This document shows, in pieces, positions 13,101 through 28,100 of a stretch of 64,000 bases of DNA. The notes beneath the pieces are model-generated. The model was not told where the DNA came from and searched no databases. It saw only the letters and a list, made by a program, of their open reading frames with translations. The first letter of the stretch is position 1. Each line of letters opens with the position of its first letter. This stretch comes from Phoronis australis (taxonomy: Eukaryota; Animalia; Phoronida), in assembly GCA_002633005.1 (NCBI GenBank), contig NMRA01000025.1, forward strand, positions 791,785-855,784, given 5' to 3'. A program made the translations under genes and the position numbers.

Positions 13101-16100
13101 GAGAAATTGTGAGCAATAGTTGGATATAGCGTGTCCGTATTTTGAGAACCAGTTTGGTGCCAGTTTTTCAACTGGAGAAAACTGGTTCTCAAAATTTGGG
13201 CACGTCATGTCCAACCATTACCAAATTGTGGGTATTGGCAACAATGCTAGAGGCCTTTGAAAAGTGGAGATCAATTATTTCTTTTGGAAGTTGTTGAGAT
13301 TTTACTGTATGCATGCACCTTTAGGTGGTGTGTCTGCAGGCGACACAATGCTTTTTACTGAATTTAGGCACTTGTGTTAGAAGACAAACTATTTGATGGG
13401 AGGTGTAGTAGTGTTTGAGTAATTTGTTATGTTCACATGATTTCACTTCAAAATTGAATTAATTAGTGAAAGGTATAGTAAAACTCCCATCAGTCTGATC
13501 CAACTGCATCTTAATTTAGTTAGGCTGAATGCATGTACTAGAAGGACTGTGTGGTGGTCCAAGTGAAGCAAAAATGCGACTCATCCATGTCCGACTTATA
13601 GGAGTTCCTATACATCTGGTTTAAGACGTGCAGTTGAATTTTGGTTGTACACCTGACCTGTGGCTATGAGTATTAGTAAAGTTTAGGTTGTGTGCCTTCA
13701 GCGAACCGCTTTTATTTTTGAAAAACATAAGTTTGAACATAGGAGTATGGCTTTTAAATTTACACCACATTGCAACTGTTTGTGTATGCATGTTGGTTTA
13801 CATCAAATGACCAAGTGCAGCTACCAACAGCAAATTTCCCAATGGATCAAAATTGAGTTCTGAGTACAATGTTCAAATTCGTCGTGTTGTTATCGTTTGT
13901 ACATCATTGACCTCGATAAGGCAGAGAACATCTAAGAACTAAGCTTAGATCTCACGAATTTAAGATAAACATGTTGATGTTGGTGAAGTGAAATTTTATT
14001 TTTTGATTTTTCCCATGAAAGGTATATAACAAATAAGTAGTGCTTCTACGTGTTCCAGACCTGTATGATAGCTACCTACCACCAGACAATATTTTGAAAA
14101 ATTGTGGGTATTCACAAGAATGTTAGGAACCTTTAAAAATAAAAAAATGCTGTTTTAGTAATTATTTTTTCCGAAATTGGTGAGATTTTATTTAATTTCT
14201 TCATTTTATCATGTAAGAGATTGGTTGTCCTAGAGGTGTCCATTCATCAGCTCACTGCATCAGAAAGGCCACTGGTATGGCAGGGACTGTCATCAGCCCA
14301 ACCATACTCTTCTACTATCTCCTCTGGGTAAAGTAGAAAATGTCAAACTATATTACGTTTTCTCAAGCATTATTTTTACCAGCAGTTAAATCTAACTGCC
14401 AAACGTGGACTCTGAGTATTGAAGTGTGGGTTGTGTGTATCCTGAGTGTTGAAGCGGGGGTTGTGTGTATCCCTTCAAATCAACTGACAGGAATTAAAGC
14501 TGCAAACGTTTTAAATCTTGTAATGTTCATATACAGGAATTTAAGTGTTTTGGTCTTTAGAATGCCTAATGTCCTTTAATAAACAAACGCACACTTTATA
14601 TGGTTCAATTTATAGCATAATTTTACAGCATTGAAATTGGTGCAGTAAAAGATGTTTTGCTCTCCTGGGCTGTTATAAACAAGTAGCTCTATTCTATTAT
14701 GGTTGATGTCAACACTGTTGAGTAGAAGTTGTGTATTCCTTGTTACAGTTGTTGTTTGGTTATTCTGAACTGAATAGAGACTGTTCATTGGCGCCTTTAA
14801 GTTGCAACACAAAAGCTCTTTTTAAGCTTAACATTTATTGAACAAGCCTCTCTTGTCTAGCAGGTTTCTGTATTGTGGCATTCCTATCCAATAATTTCTC
14901 TGATCAATGTGGTTATTGAACTGTCTTGTTGACACTTTTCTGTGTTCTGAATAGTAGTCAGTGCAAAGCAGGCAATATAAAACAAATGTTTGCTCACTAA
15001 TGTAATCAAAAATCTCGAACTTGGGCACTCCTGAAGAGGTTTTTGATTCCTTGTTCCAAACTGCATGTTTATTGCTTGCAATGCAAATTCCTCAGAATCT
15101 GAATAGCCAGTAATTCTCCAAAACTGTTGACAGCTATGTTAGTGAGCTTTAGTAAATAAGATGGGACTACTGCATGGAGTCATGTACAAATTAAAAAAAG
15201 GAATCAGTACATCTTGCTGTTAAAGGAAAAGTTTTGTTGGCAACAGTCACTTGCAGGGGTAATTTGAGAACCAGTTTGGTTCCCTTTATTCAGTGGAAAA
15301 TAAACTGGTTCTCAAAATGCAGGACTCATATTAGTGACTATCACCGTTTTGTAATTTCTTTTCAATACTTGATTACAGACTGTTATTGTGGATATATTTC
15401 AGTGAAAAAACATCCTTGTGTTTACCTGTTTTGCGGAAGTCATCCTGAATTTAACAGTTTGCACTATAATGAATTGGTTTATGGTAAAACACTTGTCTGA
15501 GAAAGTATTGCTTAAGATGGCCCTGAATTAAGAAATATCACCGCATATCACAGTTACACATTTGATATCCAAAACAGGAAAAATTTACGAGTGTAACTTA
15601 CCTTGGCATGATGCATAATTGCTCTAATGCAAATGACAATAGTAGGATAGACTACGGTCCCTTGTTTGTTACAAAGTAACTCGTCAACAGCTAATTTTAG
15701 TATATGATAGCACTTTGTATCAACTCATTATGAATTTGAAATTTTATAAATGTTTATTAATTCATAGAACAGTTATGGTTCTATGAACATGACAATTTAA
15801 ATATGTGTAGTGATCGGTTATAACATGGCCACAGTTTGAGAACCAGTTTTCTCCACTGAATAATGTGCATCAAACTGGTTCTGAAAATGCTTGCACATTA
15901 TATCCGACTATTGCCTAAACTTGTGCTAAGTTGTTTTGCCACCATCCAGTCTTGATCCAAAGTCCATTGAGATGTCAAGTTTCAATATTTGAGGCTTCTT
16001 TAGGAAGTTTAATGTTAGCAAACCAACTATCTTTTTGTCAGTGTTGTCATGGAATTGTCTGTTTGCTAGGTGTGTTTTTGACAAATAGATAATATTAGTC

Positions 16101-19100
16101 TCCTGGAACTAAACTTCAAAAAAGTAAGTTTCAAACCTAAAAAAGAGAAATTAAAAGAACTAATTATACTCATTAACTGTAATGCGTGATTATTAGACAC
16201 TAAAAAGAGGCTGTAAGTGAGATATTCTTCGTTTGATACTCGTGAAATGTTACAAGTAGCCTTCTTGATAGATTTATGTGGACCTTAAAGCACCTAGCAG
16301 TATGTAAATTAGTTTCATTTCAAGTTCTTTGAGTCCTTGCAAACTGTTTGGAAATAACTGTACTAATGCAAAGACATATAACCAGGAAATTTATAGCAGA
16401 TGGTTTTTATTTAATTTAATTTCATTTCCAAAGTGATTCCAGATTGGCCCACACATCAACTCAGTACACCTCTTCTTTGTCTTATTTATGTCAAATGAAA
16501 GATCACAGGTTCTAGCGAATACTGTAGTAGTAATAGTGCGTGTGTAAACAGTTTTAGCGTTTAATTCATACATAATTGATAATACCTGCCTACAGAACCA
16601 ATTAGGCGCTATGGATTATTGAGGGGGACCTAGGAATCGATAGCTAATGTCTCAATAGTAAGAGACTACTGTATGTGATGTGGTTTTGTCTATGTTTGTG
16701 GATTTTTACATCTGTGTAATTTTCATAATTATGTAGCAGATCTGCCTTCCATCACCAAAAACAGCTTTTGATGCACAAGACCACTTACCATACAGGAATT
16801 AATCTCAAATTGTTCCTCAGTAAAATTAGAGGTGATCTCGGGGCTTTGAAAGAGCTTACACTTCGTTATAGCTTGAGACTGTGCTCTACAAGTTGTCTTG
16901 TCGTGTCGTGTCGTGTCGTGTCATTTTATGCACCTACATGTATCATGGCCTTAAGGAATAACAAACTGTCGGTTCTTTGCAAACGGAGAAATCACTTCTC
17001 ATCTGAGAAGGGAGCACATTGAGACCAATTTGTATCCATAAAAGTCTTTTTCTGAGCACCTTAGATACTATGTAAACACCTTAGATACTATGTGAACACC
17101 TTAGATACTATGTGAACACCTTAGATACTATGTGAACACCTTAGATACTATGTGAACACCTTAGATACTATGTGAACACCTTAGATACTATGTGAACACC
17201 TTAGATACTATGTGAACACCTTAGATACTATGTGAACACCAGCTCATTGTTGCATTGGTTATGTAATGTTCAGCAACACTTAATGAATGTGATGAAATTG
17301 AAATGTATCCTACGTTATTATTTGATATAAGCATTATGCTACGAAAAGGGCAGTTGAAACGTTTACAAAAACTTGTTTTTAGTACCATCTAAATTTGAAC
17401 CCAAACGATTATTGAAAGTTAAATGTCAAGTCTCGAAGATTTGAGGGTCTAAAAGCTTTCAACATGCATTTCACAAAACATCTCGTATGTGTTGCTTGGT
17501 TTGCTAAAAATTCCTAAATTATACTCTTGCTCTTTTCCTGTTGACCAAAGTGTCTGCTGATCACTGGTTTCTGTTCTCTGCTGCTGTCTGTTAAGGTTAT
17601 GATTTGCCATCGAAAAATTCCAAATTTTGGCAAACTTGGAACAGCACATCTCAGAAATGGCTGATCGTATTCTGATGAAACTTTCAGTTACTACATGCTT
17701 TATACACAGTTCTTCAAAACACGTATTAGGTATTGCTATTAAAATGTTATACTTTTGCATGAGGGGCTATCAAAAATAGGAAACGAAATTTTAGTTTAGA
17801 AAGCTGTTCAATGTTTTAATTTAAGATTTCATCATGGACATTTATATATGAAATGAAATTCATCATGTAATCGATACTGTTGGTTTGCTATGAACGCATC
17901 TTTCTGTTTTGCTAAAGGTAGAAAGTCAATTATCAGATTCTATGAGCTTTCTACTTTCCAAAAATATGTACTTTTCCTGAGATAAAATCTTCAGTTTTGG
18001 AGATATTTAGCCAAATAGATATGTAGTCTAGTCCATAAGGTTATGCGTAACCATAGCTACAGACCATTTGAGGACTTATCAAACATTATTTCCATGATGT
18101 GATGGCCTAAGCCTCATTGAGCACACTACAGACAACCCTCCATCTTTGTGGCCCCCTGTTGTTGAATTGTCATTTGTTTGATATGAAAGTGGTGATGCTT
18201 TGCCAAGTGTTTGGAATAGGGCCTAATAGTGGTTTGAATACTGTTGGCATTTCGGCTCACTTTGACCAACTGCTTTTAAAGCCTTCGAGTTTCCTTGTGA
18301 GTTGGCCTGTGTGCCAAAGAGATTGTCCTGAATATGCTGTGTTTAGTTGTAAACATATTGATTGACAGGTTGTGTGTGGCTCCTTAACAACAGGGGCAAG
18401 TAAGTAGTCTTCAATTTCCAACACAAATAATTCATTAAAATCACAATTCAAGTTTGATTTGTTTAAAGGCTTTTGTTAAATTATTTGGTCATAACTGTAT
18501 GTAAACCATTCTAACAGTGAATTATAAATTTAATAAGTTAAAACATTCCTATTCTAACCTTTGTTGAGAAATTTGACATATTGAAATTAGATTTTTCCAC
18601 TGCAGAGTGTCTCTACCTTGAATCTCTACAGCGAAAGTCATTTTGAAATGTGAAAATTGGGAAATTTTAGAAGTGGAGGTGTATACCTTTCTTGAAAGCA
18701 ACTTTAGCACAATAACCTGTTTTGAATCATTGCAATAATGAGTTTGAATTTCACCGAGACGAGTTTGGTTTATTTGCGTTGAAATATATTGGTATTGAGT
18801 ACGGGTCCATGAGACACGACCGTTTGTGGAGTTAATCCCGTTATTATTTTCTTGAAATATTTTTGGCTAAAAAGACATCTGTGGATTTATTGTGGATCTA
18901 ATGGAGTACGTAGCCAGTAGATTTTTTGGTTTTCCACGATAGCTTATTTGTCTCTTCTTATCTGTTTATATTAATCCGAATGGATGCTATAAATGTTTGT
19001 TTTAAAGTTTTTTGCAATATTATTTTTTCAATCTACAATAAATCTTCCCATATTTAGTGCTCAGTGTGGCAGACAAGTGAAATTGCGTTTGGTCAAATTT

Positions 19101-22100
19101 CTCAATAAAAATAGAATTAAGAGAATTTCAGTCTCTCAATCATTATCTTCTTTTGAATCTTGTAAATGTTCTAAAAGAGTGTTTCCAGTATTTACATCGA
19201 GAAAATCAGTCTTAAAAAATTAGAAAGGTAATGGCTTTGGCAATTATCCTTGTGCGAAATAAGTGAAGCATTCGTACTCTTTGGATGGCATAAGTAAATA
19301 TAGTCGCCAGTAGATCAAATATCGAGAAGATGAATACCCTGTTTATAAATTAAATACTTAGTACGTGTGTAAATGTTCAGTTCAAATTACTGCTTGTTAC
19401 TGAACAAACAGAGAGTATACTTCATCTTGTAATAGAAAATGGCTGAATAAATTTGCTTTAAATCAGCATTTTGCCCTGTTTAGTTGTTGGCTAAAAAATA
19501 CACATTGAATTGGACCTTTTGCTATCATAAAATTGGTATTTTGATATTGCTCACCATGGTAACATTCTTTTTCCATCACCTAAGTAAGCATTGAAACCAT
19601 CAACAACTTAGGAAAATGCTTCAGAGTTTATTGGCTGATCCTAAAATGGTGGATATTACTTGAGTTACTGAGTCTCTTTCGATAATAATTCAAGATCAGG
19701 TAAGCTTGGTAATGTTGAGCCCAAAAGCAGTTAGGTTATGATTTCAACATTGACAGGTAAATAGCTTTTGATCAGTAGATTTTGGCTGATACTTATACAA
19801 AACTTTATTTCTGTCTACATTCCCATGTTGTGTTGGCTTATTCTGTGAGTTTGAAGTATTAGCTTCATAAAGTATAATGCATTGATATCAGTTTACGTTG
19901 TATAAAATTAATTAAAATGATAATGATCACGTAGTTGATATATTCGTTGAAGCATTTTATCTCAGTTTCCATCATCGGTGTTTGTTGAAGTATTTTTGTT
20001 TACATTAGATATCGGCAATTGTATGGAGTTTATACTGAGCATTATGGGTAATTGAAACGAAGTATGTGAATTATGTTAGCCAGACATGTATTGTGTGGGT
20101 TTTTGCCTCAAATGAAACAGGGAAAAGTTTGTTTGGAGATAATCACCAACACTGCATTTGAATTCTTGCCATCCTGGTCAGGCGACATGGCTGTGTTTGG
20201 AATTTTGTTGTTATGTTTGACCACAAATTCTCACATTGTATGTGATATGCTGTCTGTCTGTGTTTTTGATAAAGCTGAATCTTGTCATGCTGTGTTGGCC
20301 TAGAAATGTTGAGTGGGGTTATTATCATAGTGAAGCAAACATTGTACTTATAACATAGTGACTATACAAACTCTTTTGGGGCATAATAATGGAGTGAGGG
20401 AGAATAGCTAAAAATAGGTCAAGGCTCAGTCTGAAATAGTACACAGTGATGTAAAATGCATTCAAATTTTTTAACCAATGGCGTTTGTTTGCTCAGCATT
20501 TTTTCATTTGACTGGGTGAAGCGGTTGTTGTGCAGGTGTTGTTACGTGACCTGCTGCTTCATTTTTTGTATTCTGTCGGGTTTTGGTTACAAATTGGATC
20601 GCACAATTTTTAATGGCCCACACAGGCAGGCTGTAGAGAAATGAGTGTGAGAAAGCGACTTCCGCTTGATCCCGACTCAGATTTGGTGGACAGAAATTCA
20701 TTACTACATAGTTCTTTTATTAATTTAAAAACAGAGGAACAAATCCCACTGTCAACCCAGTCCCTTTGTTTGATTACGTTAAGTTCACTAAGCTAGCACC
20801 AAAATTCTCCTGCTTTAGCAGTCCCAGCTACTCACTATGCGGCTGCAGATTCTTTGCAGATGGAAATGTCACGTCCTTCATCCATGGGTATTAAATTCAA
20901 GAGGTTTATCTTTTTCCATAAGCCATTAGTACATGGCATGTTGCACACCAGTGACAATTTGCTGGCATTATGAAAGCATGAAAGGGGTTAGAATGCTGTA
21001 GGTTGAAACCTCCCTTCCTCATTACACAAGATCTTCAGGTGGTGCTGAGGGCCTGTCCACCAAAGACCTGAAGCTGTCTAGTGGGATTGTGAATTTAAAT
21101 ATGGTGAAGCTTTTTCTAAAATTAGCTATTGTATAACAATAGACAGTTTTTTGTTTGCCAAGTTATTTAATTGGGATTTTTTATTTTCATTTAGGATAAG
21201 CTTTTCTTCGTATCTTTGGAAATAGTAGTGAGTATTTCAAAACATTCTTTAGCTAGGCTAACCTTGAAATTTTGTCTAAAATTTTTGTATTGCAAGGGAA
21301 ACCGTGACATTTTTGCCACCTCTTCATAAAAATTGTTGTTTGACAAGGCAAGTTTGCCTCCTTGGAATGTTTGAAGTTGAAATAAAAATGACAACTCTAT
21401 TGGGCCATTGATTTTGTATTCAACAAAACTAAGCAGGTTATATTCAGTCTTATCATTTGTTTTTGAAAATTAAGGTACAAATTCTAAGAATTTAAAAAAA
21501 TTGACTGGTTATTGAAGTTTTCTTAACTAATATTTGTATCTCAACCTTACTAACAGTCTACTTGATTATGAGTAAATTATAACATTCACAAAAATATAGA
21601 ACGGTTACGATTTGAAAATTTTGGCCTCGGGACAAACTGTTTCATTCAAAGGGGGACTTACTCCAGCAGCATTTGTGCAATAAAAGAGGTGTTTACGTCA
21701 TGAATGATTGGTGAAATCAAATTGACTAATGGTCGCTTTGAAGTACACCTCTGTAAGACTTTACATATAAACTTAAGTAATTGAACTTGAATATAGTACA
21801 AGAAACTAAAGGAACATGCTGAAGTGAAACCAAAAGAAAAAATTACCCATAACACAGATAAAAGTCATATCCTTTCTTCTAGAGTCAATGGGATGTTTCA
21901 GATATTCACTTTTTGAATTTTAGTATGGGAGTAATCATACAACCATACAAGATTGCAGGAGATATCTGGGCTTGTCTACTATTTGAGGTATGAGGTAGGT
22001 GAAATCACCCCATGGGTGAACTAGTCCCGGTCTACTTAACCATTCTAATGGATGCTGTAGTCTTTAAACTCTTTAGATTCTGGTAATATAGATAAAAACA

Positions 22101-25100
22101 GACCTTTGCAAAATGATGTTTTTTGTTCTTATTCAAGTTTTTTGTATTCTAAATCCTGAGCACTCAGGCAATCAATAATTTATAATTAATTGGCTTTGTG
22201 GTTGAAAGTAGTCTGAGGATCATTATCATGCCAATTATCTTGGGTCTTCCTGTCAGTCAGTAGTATCCATGGCAACGCAAATTGAGGGGTTTACTAATCT
22301 TTCTTATGTTTTACAGAATAACAGCAGCTTCTGTCTTCAAGAAATTGGATATTTCTGTGTAGTACATGAACCTGTCGCTGAAACATTTTCAATTCAGTGG
22401 GATTTGTTATAGCATCATTTTTAGGAGTGTTCATTGATTGACACGATACAAATTCATGTCAAGACATTTTTTGAAGTGCCTTGTCAAGCACATCTTCTAT
22501 ATGTGTAAGATAATGAGTAAAGTTACAGTAATTCTATAATAATAAAGCAAAATGTTGACTAAGACAATGTCTTTGTTTATATGTATGTGATGATTTTAAA
22601 GTTCGTACTCATATTTTGGCCAAAAACAAATGTAATTCTCTTAATTCGCACTAAATGAATGATAGTCGGATTGTGTGAAATTAGCTGAGTAACCAAGTAT
22701 CGCCAACAGCCCGTGTGTGAATTAAGGAAATGTGGCCTACAAGTTGTTAACGTGATCCAATCATCCAATTAATAGTATAATTAAGTTACTTCATGCTGTT
22801 CCTACATTCATAAGAGTACTTCACCTGTCTTTGAAGAAACATTCTTTTTTGCATATGACTGTTAGAGACTTGATAGTCACCTAGGACACACCTTTCACTT
22901 CCTGTTTGCAACATCATGAGATATCCCATATTTAATGGGTGAATTAAGAGGTGAATATATAATGATCAAATTTTAGTAACACGTTTAATGAGGTGTGTAT
23001 TATTAGAGTTGATATCAGGACTGCCTTGATATTTTTCGAAGTTCAAAACTGACCGTGTGCGAATTAGGTGATACAAGAAATTCCCACCAAGTAGCCTCTT
23101 GTGAAATAAATGAGGGACAAAATATTATTTTTACAAATAAATTTGCATGTGTGAAATGAGGTGAGTGTACAAAATCAGTGGAAAATTATCACATTGACGT
23201 ACTTTCCTGTTATGGCATTTCAGATGTTCAATAAGATGATAGACTACAAATACTTCAACGAATCATTTGAGAGAACTTTCAATCTCCACTCGGCCGAATG
23301 GAATCTGTGCTGTATTCGCAAGAGTATGAGATTACTACTGTACAAAGTTCTAAGGTGAGTCTCCGTGTCAAGTCATGTTTTCGACAACAAATGCTGTAAA
23401 CATTCGATTTATGACCCAGGACATGTTTGTACATCAGTTTAGCCAAATATTTACAAAACTCTAGAGAACAACTCAGGTAAAGTTTCTTTAAATTAGAACA
23501 CAGTATGGTGGAATGATAGAATTTTATTTCATCAAAATTTTCAACAAAAATTAGAATAAACAAGAAGACACTTTTACTTGATTGTTTAGAAAACTATACA
23601 GTACGTCTGTCATCAACAATACAGTACGTCTGTCATCAACAATACAGTACGTCTGTCATCAACAATACAGTACGTCTGTCATCAACAAACACAATGAAAT
23701 CTTGAACATTTTTGGCAATACAGCGGGCCTTCGGAAAATGAAAAGATTACAGTTTTGGCCATTATTTTTGTTCGAATTTGAGGATTTATTACAGTATATA
23801 ATTTCGTATCAATTTCTTAATTGTCGTATGCGTGGTTTGTGATGACAGTGCATATACCAGTTTATAGAGAACAGTGCCGCTGTCTTTCTAAGATAACTAT
23901 GAGTTCTCTGTATCTGTTTCAGTTTTGAACAACTTCAGAATGTACGAGTATCCTNCAGTACATCTGTCATCAACAAACACAATGAAATCTTGAACATTTT
24001 TGGCAATACAGCGGGCCTTCGGAAAATGAAAAGATTACAGTTTTGGCCATTATTTTTGTTCGAATTTGAGGATTTATTACAGTATATAATTTCGTATCAA
24101 TTTCTTAATTGTCGTATGCGTGGTTTGTGATGACAGTGCATATACCAGTTTATAGAGAACAGTGCCGCTGTCTTTCTAAGATAACTATGAGTTCTCTGTA
24201 TCTGTTTCAGTTTTGAACAACTTCAGAATGTACGAGTATCCTATCAGGTGTACGAAGCTGGGGACATGAAGGGGATGGTAACAGAACCCCACACTTTGCT
24301 TCGAGCACTCAAAGTGAGTAAGAAAGTTATACTGCGTTCACATGGTGTCCAAGCAGTGTAGGAAAGTTATACTGCATTCACATGGTGTCCAAGCAGAAAG
24401 CAGATCCGCCAGCTGATCCATTTTTTGAAATAAATTCACTCATGAATTCTTGCCAGACATCATGTCTGCTCCAAATAAATTAACTCATGAACTCTTGCCA
24501 GACATCATGTCTGCTCCAAATCTGCTGACAGATCTGCATTTGAATCGAGAAGAGGCTGCATTCCAATCACGCAACTTGTGGTTAGACTCTGTTCGTCAAT
24601 GGTGATCGCTCGTGATTGGCTGAAGTATTAGCGATTTGCGCGTTGTTGTTAAGTTGATAAGTATGGAAAATTCTAAAAATTCTAGTTGCTTTGTGGCTTG
24701 TAGTATGCTTGTTTTAAGTGATGGATCTCCCTTGTGATTCAGATGTATTCAGATGTACTGTCTTGGCTAGCTATCTTAAGAGTTGACATATAAAGGATGT
24801 ATCTGGCCAAGTAAGCTTTGGTGTTTTATTAAAAAAAATACAATACCTTTTTGTAGATATTTTTGGTTTTTGAGTTGAGTGTTCTCAGGATTGCTGCATG
24901 GTATCAAGTTGTTTTTTTGCTAATATGTTTAACATGTAACTTGATCTCGAATTTCTTGGAATTTGGAGAAAAGTAATTTAGATGCATAACCTGTCGTGAG
25001 TCATTTTGTGTATTTTGATGATTAGCTGTGGCATTACATTGCTTTTCAGATAGCTTTGCCGCCCTCAAGTTTAATATTTTGCCATATTTTCAGATGTGCG

Positions 25101-28100
25101 GCCGAACGATAGCGCCCATGAAACTTGCTCACCGAATCAAACACATGAGCGAAGATTTTGAGGAAAACGGCAGGATTCAACTCTACGAGTTTTTTGATCT
25201 CATTCTATGGTAAATTTGCTGTTAATGTCATGTTGTAAAATGTAAATACTTCACAAGCCAACAGGGCTAATGATGCAGTTGTTGAAATTGTATCACTAAA
25301 ACTATGTTCATGAACAAATATCACGTTCGATAAAAATCTTATTCACTGAAAGCTTTAAACCAACATAAGAGTGTGTTGCTATCGTCAATCCTTAAAAGTT
25401 TTGAACAAGTTTGAAAATTCTATATCAAGCCTACCAGTTGCCAAGCATGACTAACACAGTTTTAGGCTCAGTTCAAGGCACCTCAAACCTCAAGATCCAG
25501 CATGACTAACACAGTATTAGGCTCAGTTCAAGGCACCTCAAACCTCAAGATCCAGACACACTGTGGATGTGGTTTCAGCAGAATAGCGCTTTTATCTGTC
25601 AGGGAATAAACTAATTGTAACAATAGCAGGTGAAAGAATCGTTTTTCATGAAGTCACCAAAACAGTTTTTGGTATCCTTATAACCCTGGCAGCATCAGTG
25701 CATGGGCGCCCTTTAACTATCCCTGGGTGAAATGGTAGTCTATCACAGGTTACTTTATGGCCAAGACTGTCACTCTTTTGCGGCTGAGTGTATGTTATAT
25801 GCCTGGCTCAAGTGCTCAGCAACAAAGAAATTGAACCCATGATAGTATGGTCAGGAGTACATCACGTCAGTCATTGGGCTACATAGAAACTGAACCATGT
25901 CACCTGCAAACTATTTTAGTAATGTTCCTGGTTTGGGTGGAAAATTTGCATTTTTTCACAATTGTGCTTTAAACATTCTCTCTGCAATATAATGTTGGTT
26001 GCTTTGCAATTGACTTTGTCATGTTCCTGAGGTGATGAAAAAATGTTTAAACTGAAGTCACAGATTCTTTAATTGTTATTCTGTGCAGCATGGCTGTTGG
26101 CATACAGGCCACATGAAAGGTGCTATCTTTGGTTTGTTTGTCAGAATATAAAGAGAACTTTGTGTGGAGACAACAACTGTACCTCCAGTATTCAATTTGA
26201 GACTGTAAACACGCAATCAGTTGATGGAATATAAGCTATAACTTTAACAATCTGTTGAACATTGCAGTTTTAATTGCGGTTTTTCTGTGCTGGTTCTGTG
26301 TGAACATCCCACAGCTTGAAGATGCTTTTGTTGGTTTCTATAAAAGTGATCCACTGCTACACAAAATGGCGCTAAATGGAACGGTTATCTTTCTAGGTGC
26401 GACACATTAGAAAGTATGCAGTTAGAGCCAATAGAATTAGTTGAAGGGCGGGAAAACAGGGACTCTAGTATTTATAAGGTAAGTTAATAGGGACTCTAGT
26501 ATTTATAAGGTAAGTTAACAGGGACTCTAGTATTTATAAGGTAAGTTAACAGGGACTCTAGTATTTATAAGGTAAGTTAATAGGGACTCTAGTATTTATA
26601 AGGTAAGTTTATAGGGACTCTAGTATTTATAAGGTAAGTTAATAGATGTGTAATAGAATATCATTACATTGACACACGTTAAATGGTTTGTTGCTACATT
26701 TACTTGTGCTTATGACACCTATTAAACTTTCTATTAAATGTTATGTTATGTTATGTTGAGCTCTGCTTCAGTGGGTCAAATGGACTGGTTTAAGATTAAA
26801 TAAAAACGATGTAGTTTAGTAACTAAAGTGAAAAAGTAATATTCTATTTTTGTGATTGTGGTAAAATTAATTTCAAAACATTCGACGCTTGTCATTGCTC
26901 AATACACCTCCTGTTGTGTTATCAATATTGACACTAATGGTGATGACCTGTACAGAAACCATAAAAGTTAGACAAAAGAGTTGGGGATGCTGGACAATGG
27001 ACTAGATTAATGTGTGCATTGTTCTTGATTTGGAAACTGCTGTCATCTAAAGTTCAAACTAAATGGGAGGTTTTTGTATTTGTGGTCCGAAGACCTGTAT
27101 ACATTTCATGACCTGTGAAAGCAGGATTTGGCATCTGCTTTGACACGACTTAAAATTGGTTAGTTTTGCGTGGTGGCGCCGCTTGCTTTGTTTTTAGTTT
27201 TGACTTAAATTTTCCATTCACAGCTTAACGACTTTGAAGCAGTCATACAGCACTATGACGCAAGACTCTCAAACTACTTGAACAGCGTCTACCTCAAGGA
27301 CGAATGGGACTTTGGCACGGAAAACCTCGGATCGAAGAAAGTACCGAGGGAGCCACCTATTGACAGTGATGTCAGGAGAAATCAGGTTTGTGCGAGGATG
27401 AATGTCTAGTTTTATATGCGTGGAAATCCCAACATTAATTATCTTTATGTTTCTCCTAGTGTGTGTGTGTATATACCAGCGTGTGTAATCTCAACAAACG
27501 CGCAAAACTGACCTCGATCAACATGTTTTGAATATAGTCAATGGTCTACTTTGGACGTAGATAACTTACTTCCCTCACAATCGTTTTATTTCATCTTTTC
27601 ATAGAAGGGAAAGAGTTTCTGTTCGAGACTTGTCCTGAACACGATAGCACTCCTGTCTTGAGTTCTGGTCGGGAATTTATATGGTGACAGATTGACTGCT
27701 TTGAATAGTTCATGGCACCCTGTCGCTTTCCTTATTTTTTCTCCACTTTTTAACTTTTTACTGCTTTTTTCTACTTCTATTCAAAATTCCTATTTTCTTC
27801 TTTTTGTCTCACAGTTCCTGCTTTTTTCCTACTTTTTTAAACATTTTAGTCCCATTTTTCCTACTTTTTTACCTAAAACTGTTTGAAATCTCACCTTTTA
27901 TAGAAAAAGTTAGTCTCTTAAGACCTGTTTGTGGGTTTCTTGTTCTTTGTTTTTGGGGTTAACTGTCACAAAATTTATCAAAGCTTTTACACTTGATTTT
28001 TGCCATTTTCAACAAATTTGTTTCTTTGTTAGGTGACAAGAGCGAAAAAGAAGTATAAACCACTCAAGTTACACATCGGCCAATCACAGGAGAGGGTTTA

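Noticed and set aside
17057-17240. Tandem arrays (also 26458, 31015, 39666, 51471) as CRISPR-like arrays
   Set aside because: The units are contiguous with no unique spacers, there are no cas genes, and the context is eukaryotic intron or UTR. They are minisatellites.
12420-23223. Nested gene in the 10.8-kb intron of gene B (many 60-100 aa ORFs)
   Set aside because: I found no recognisable domains or phase-consistent exon chain, and ORF lengths are what AT-rich DNA gives by chance.
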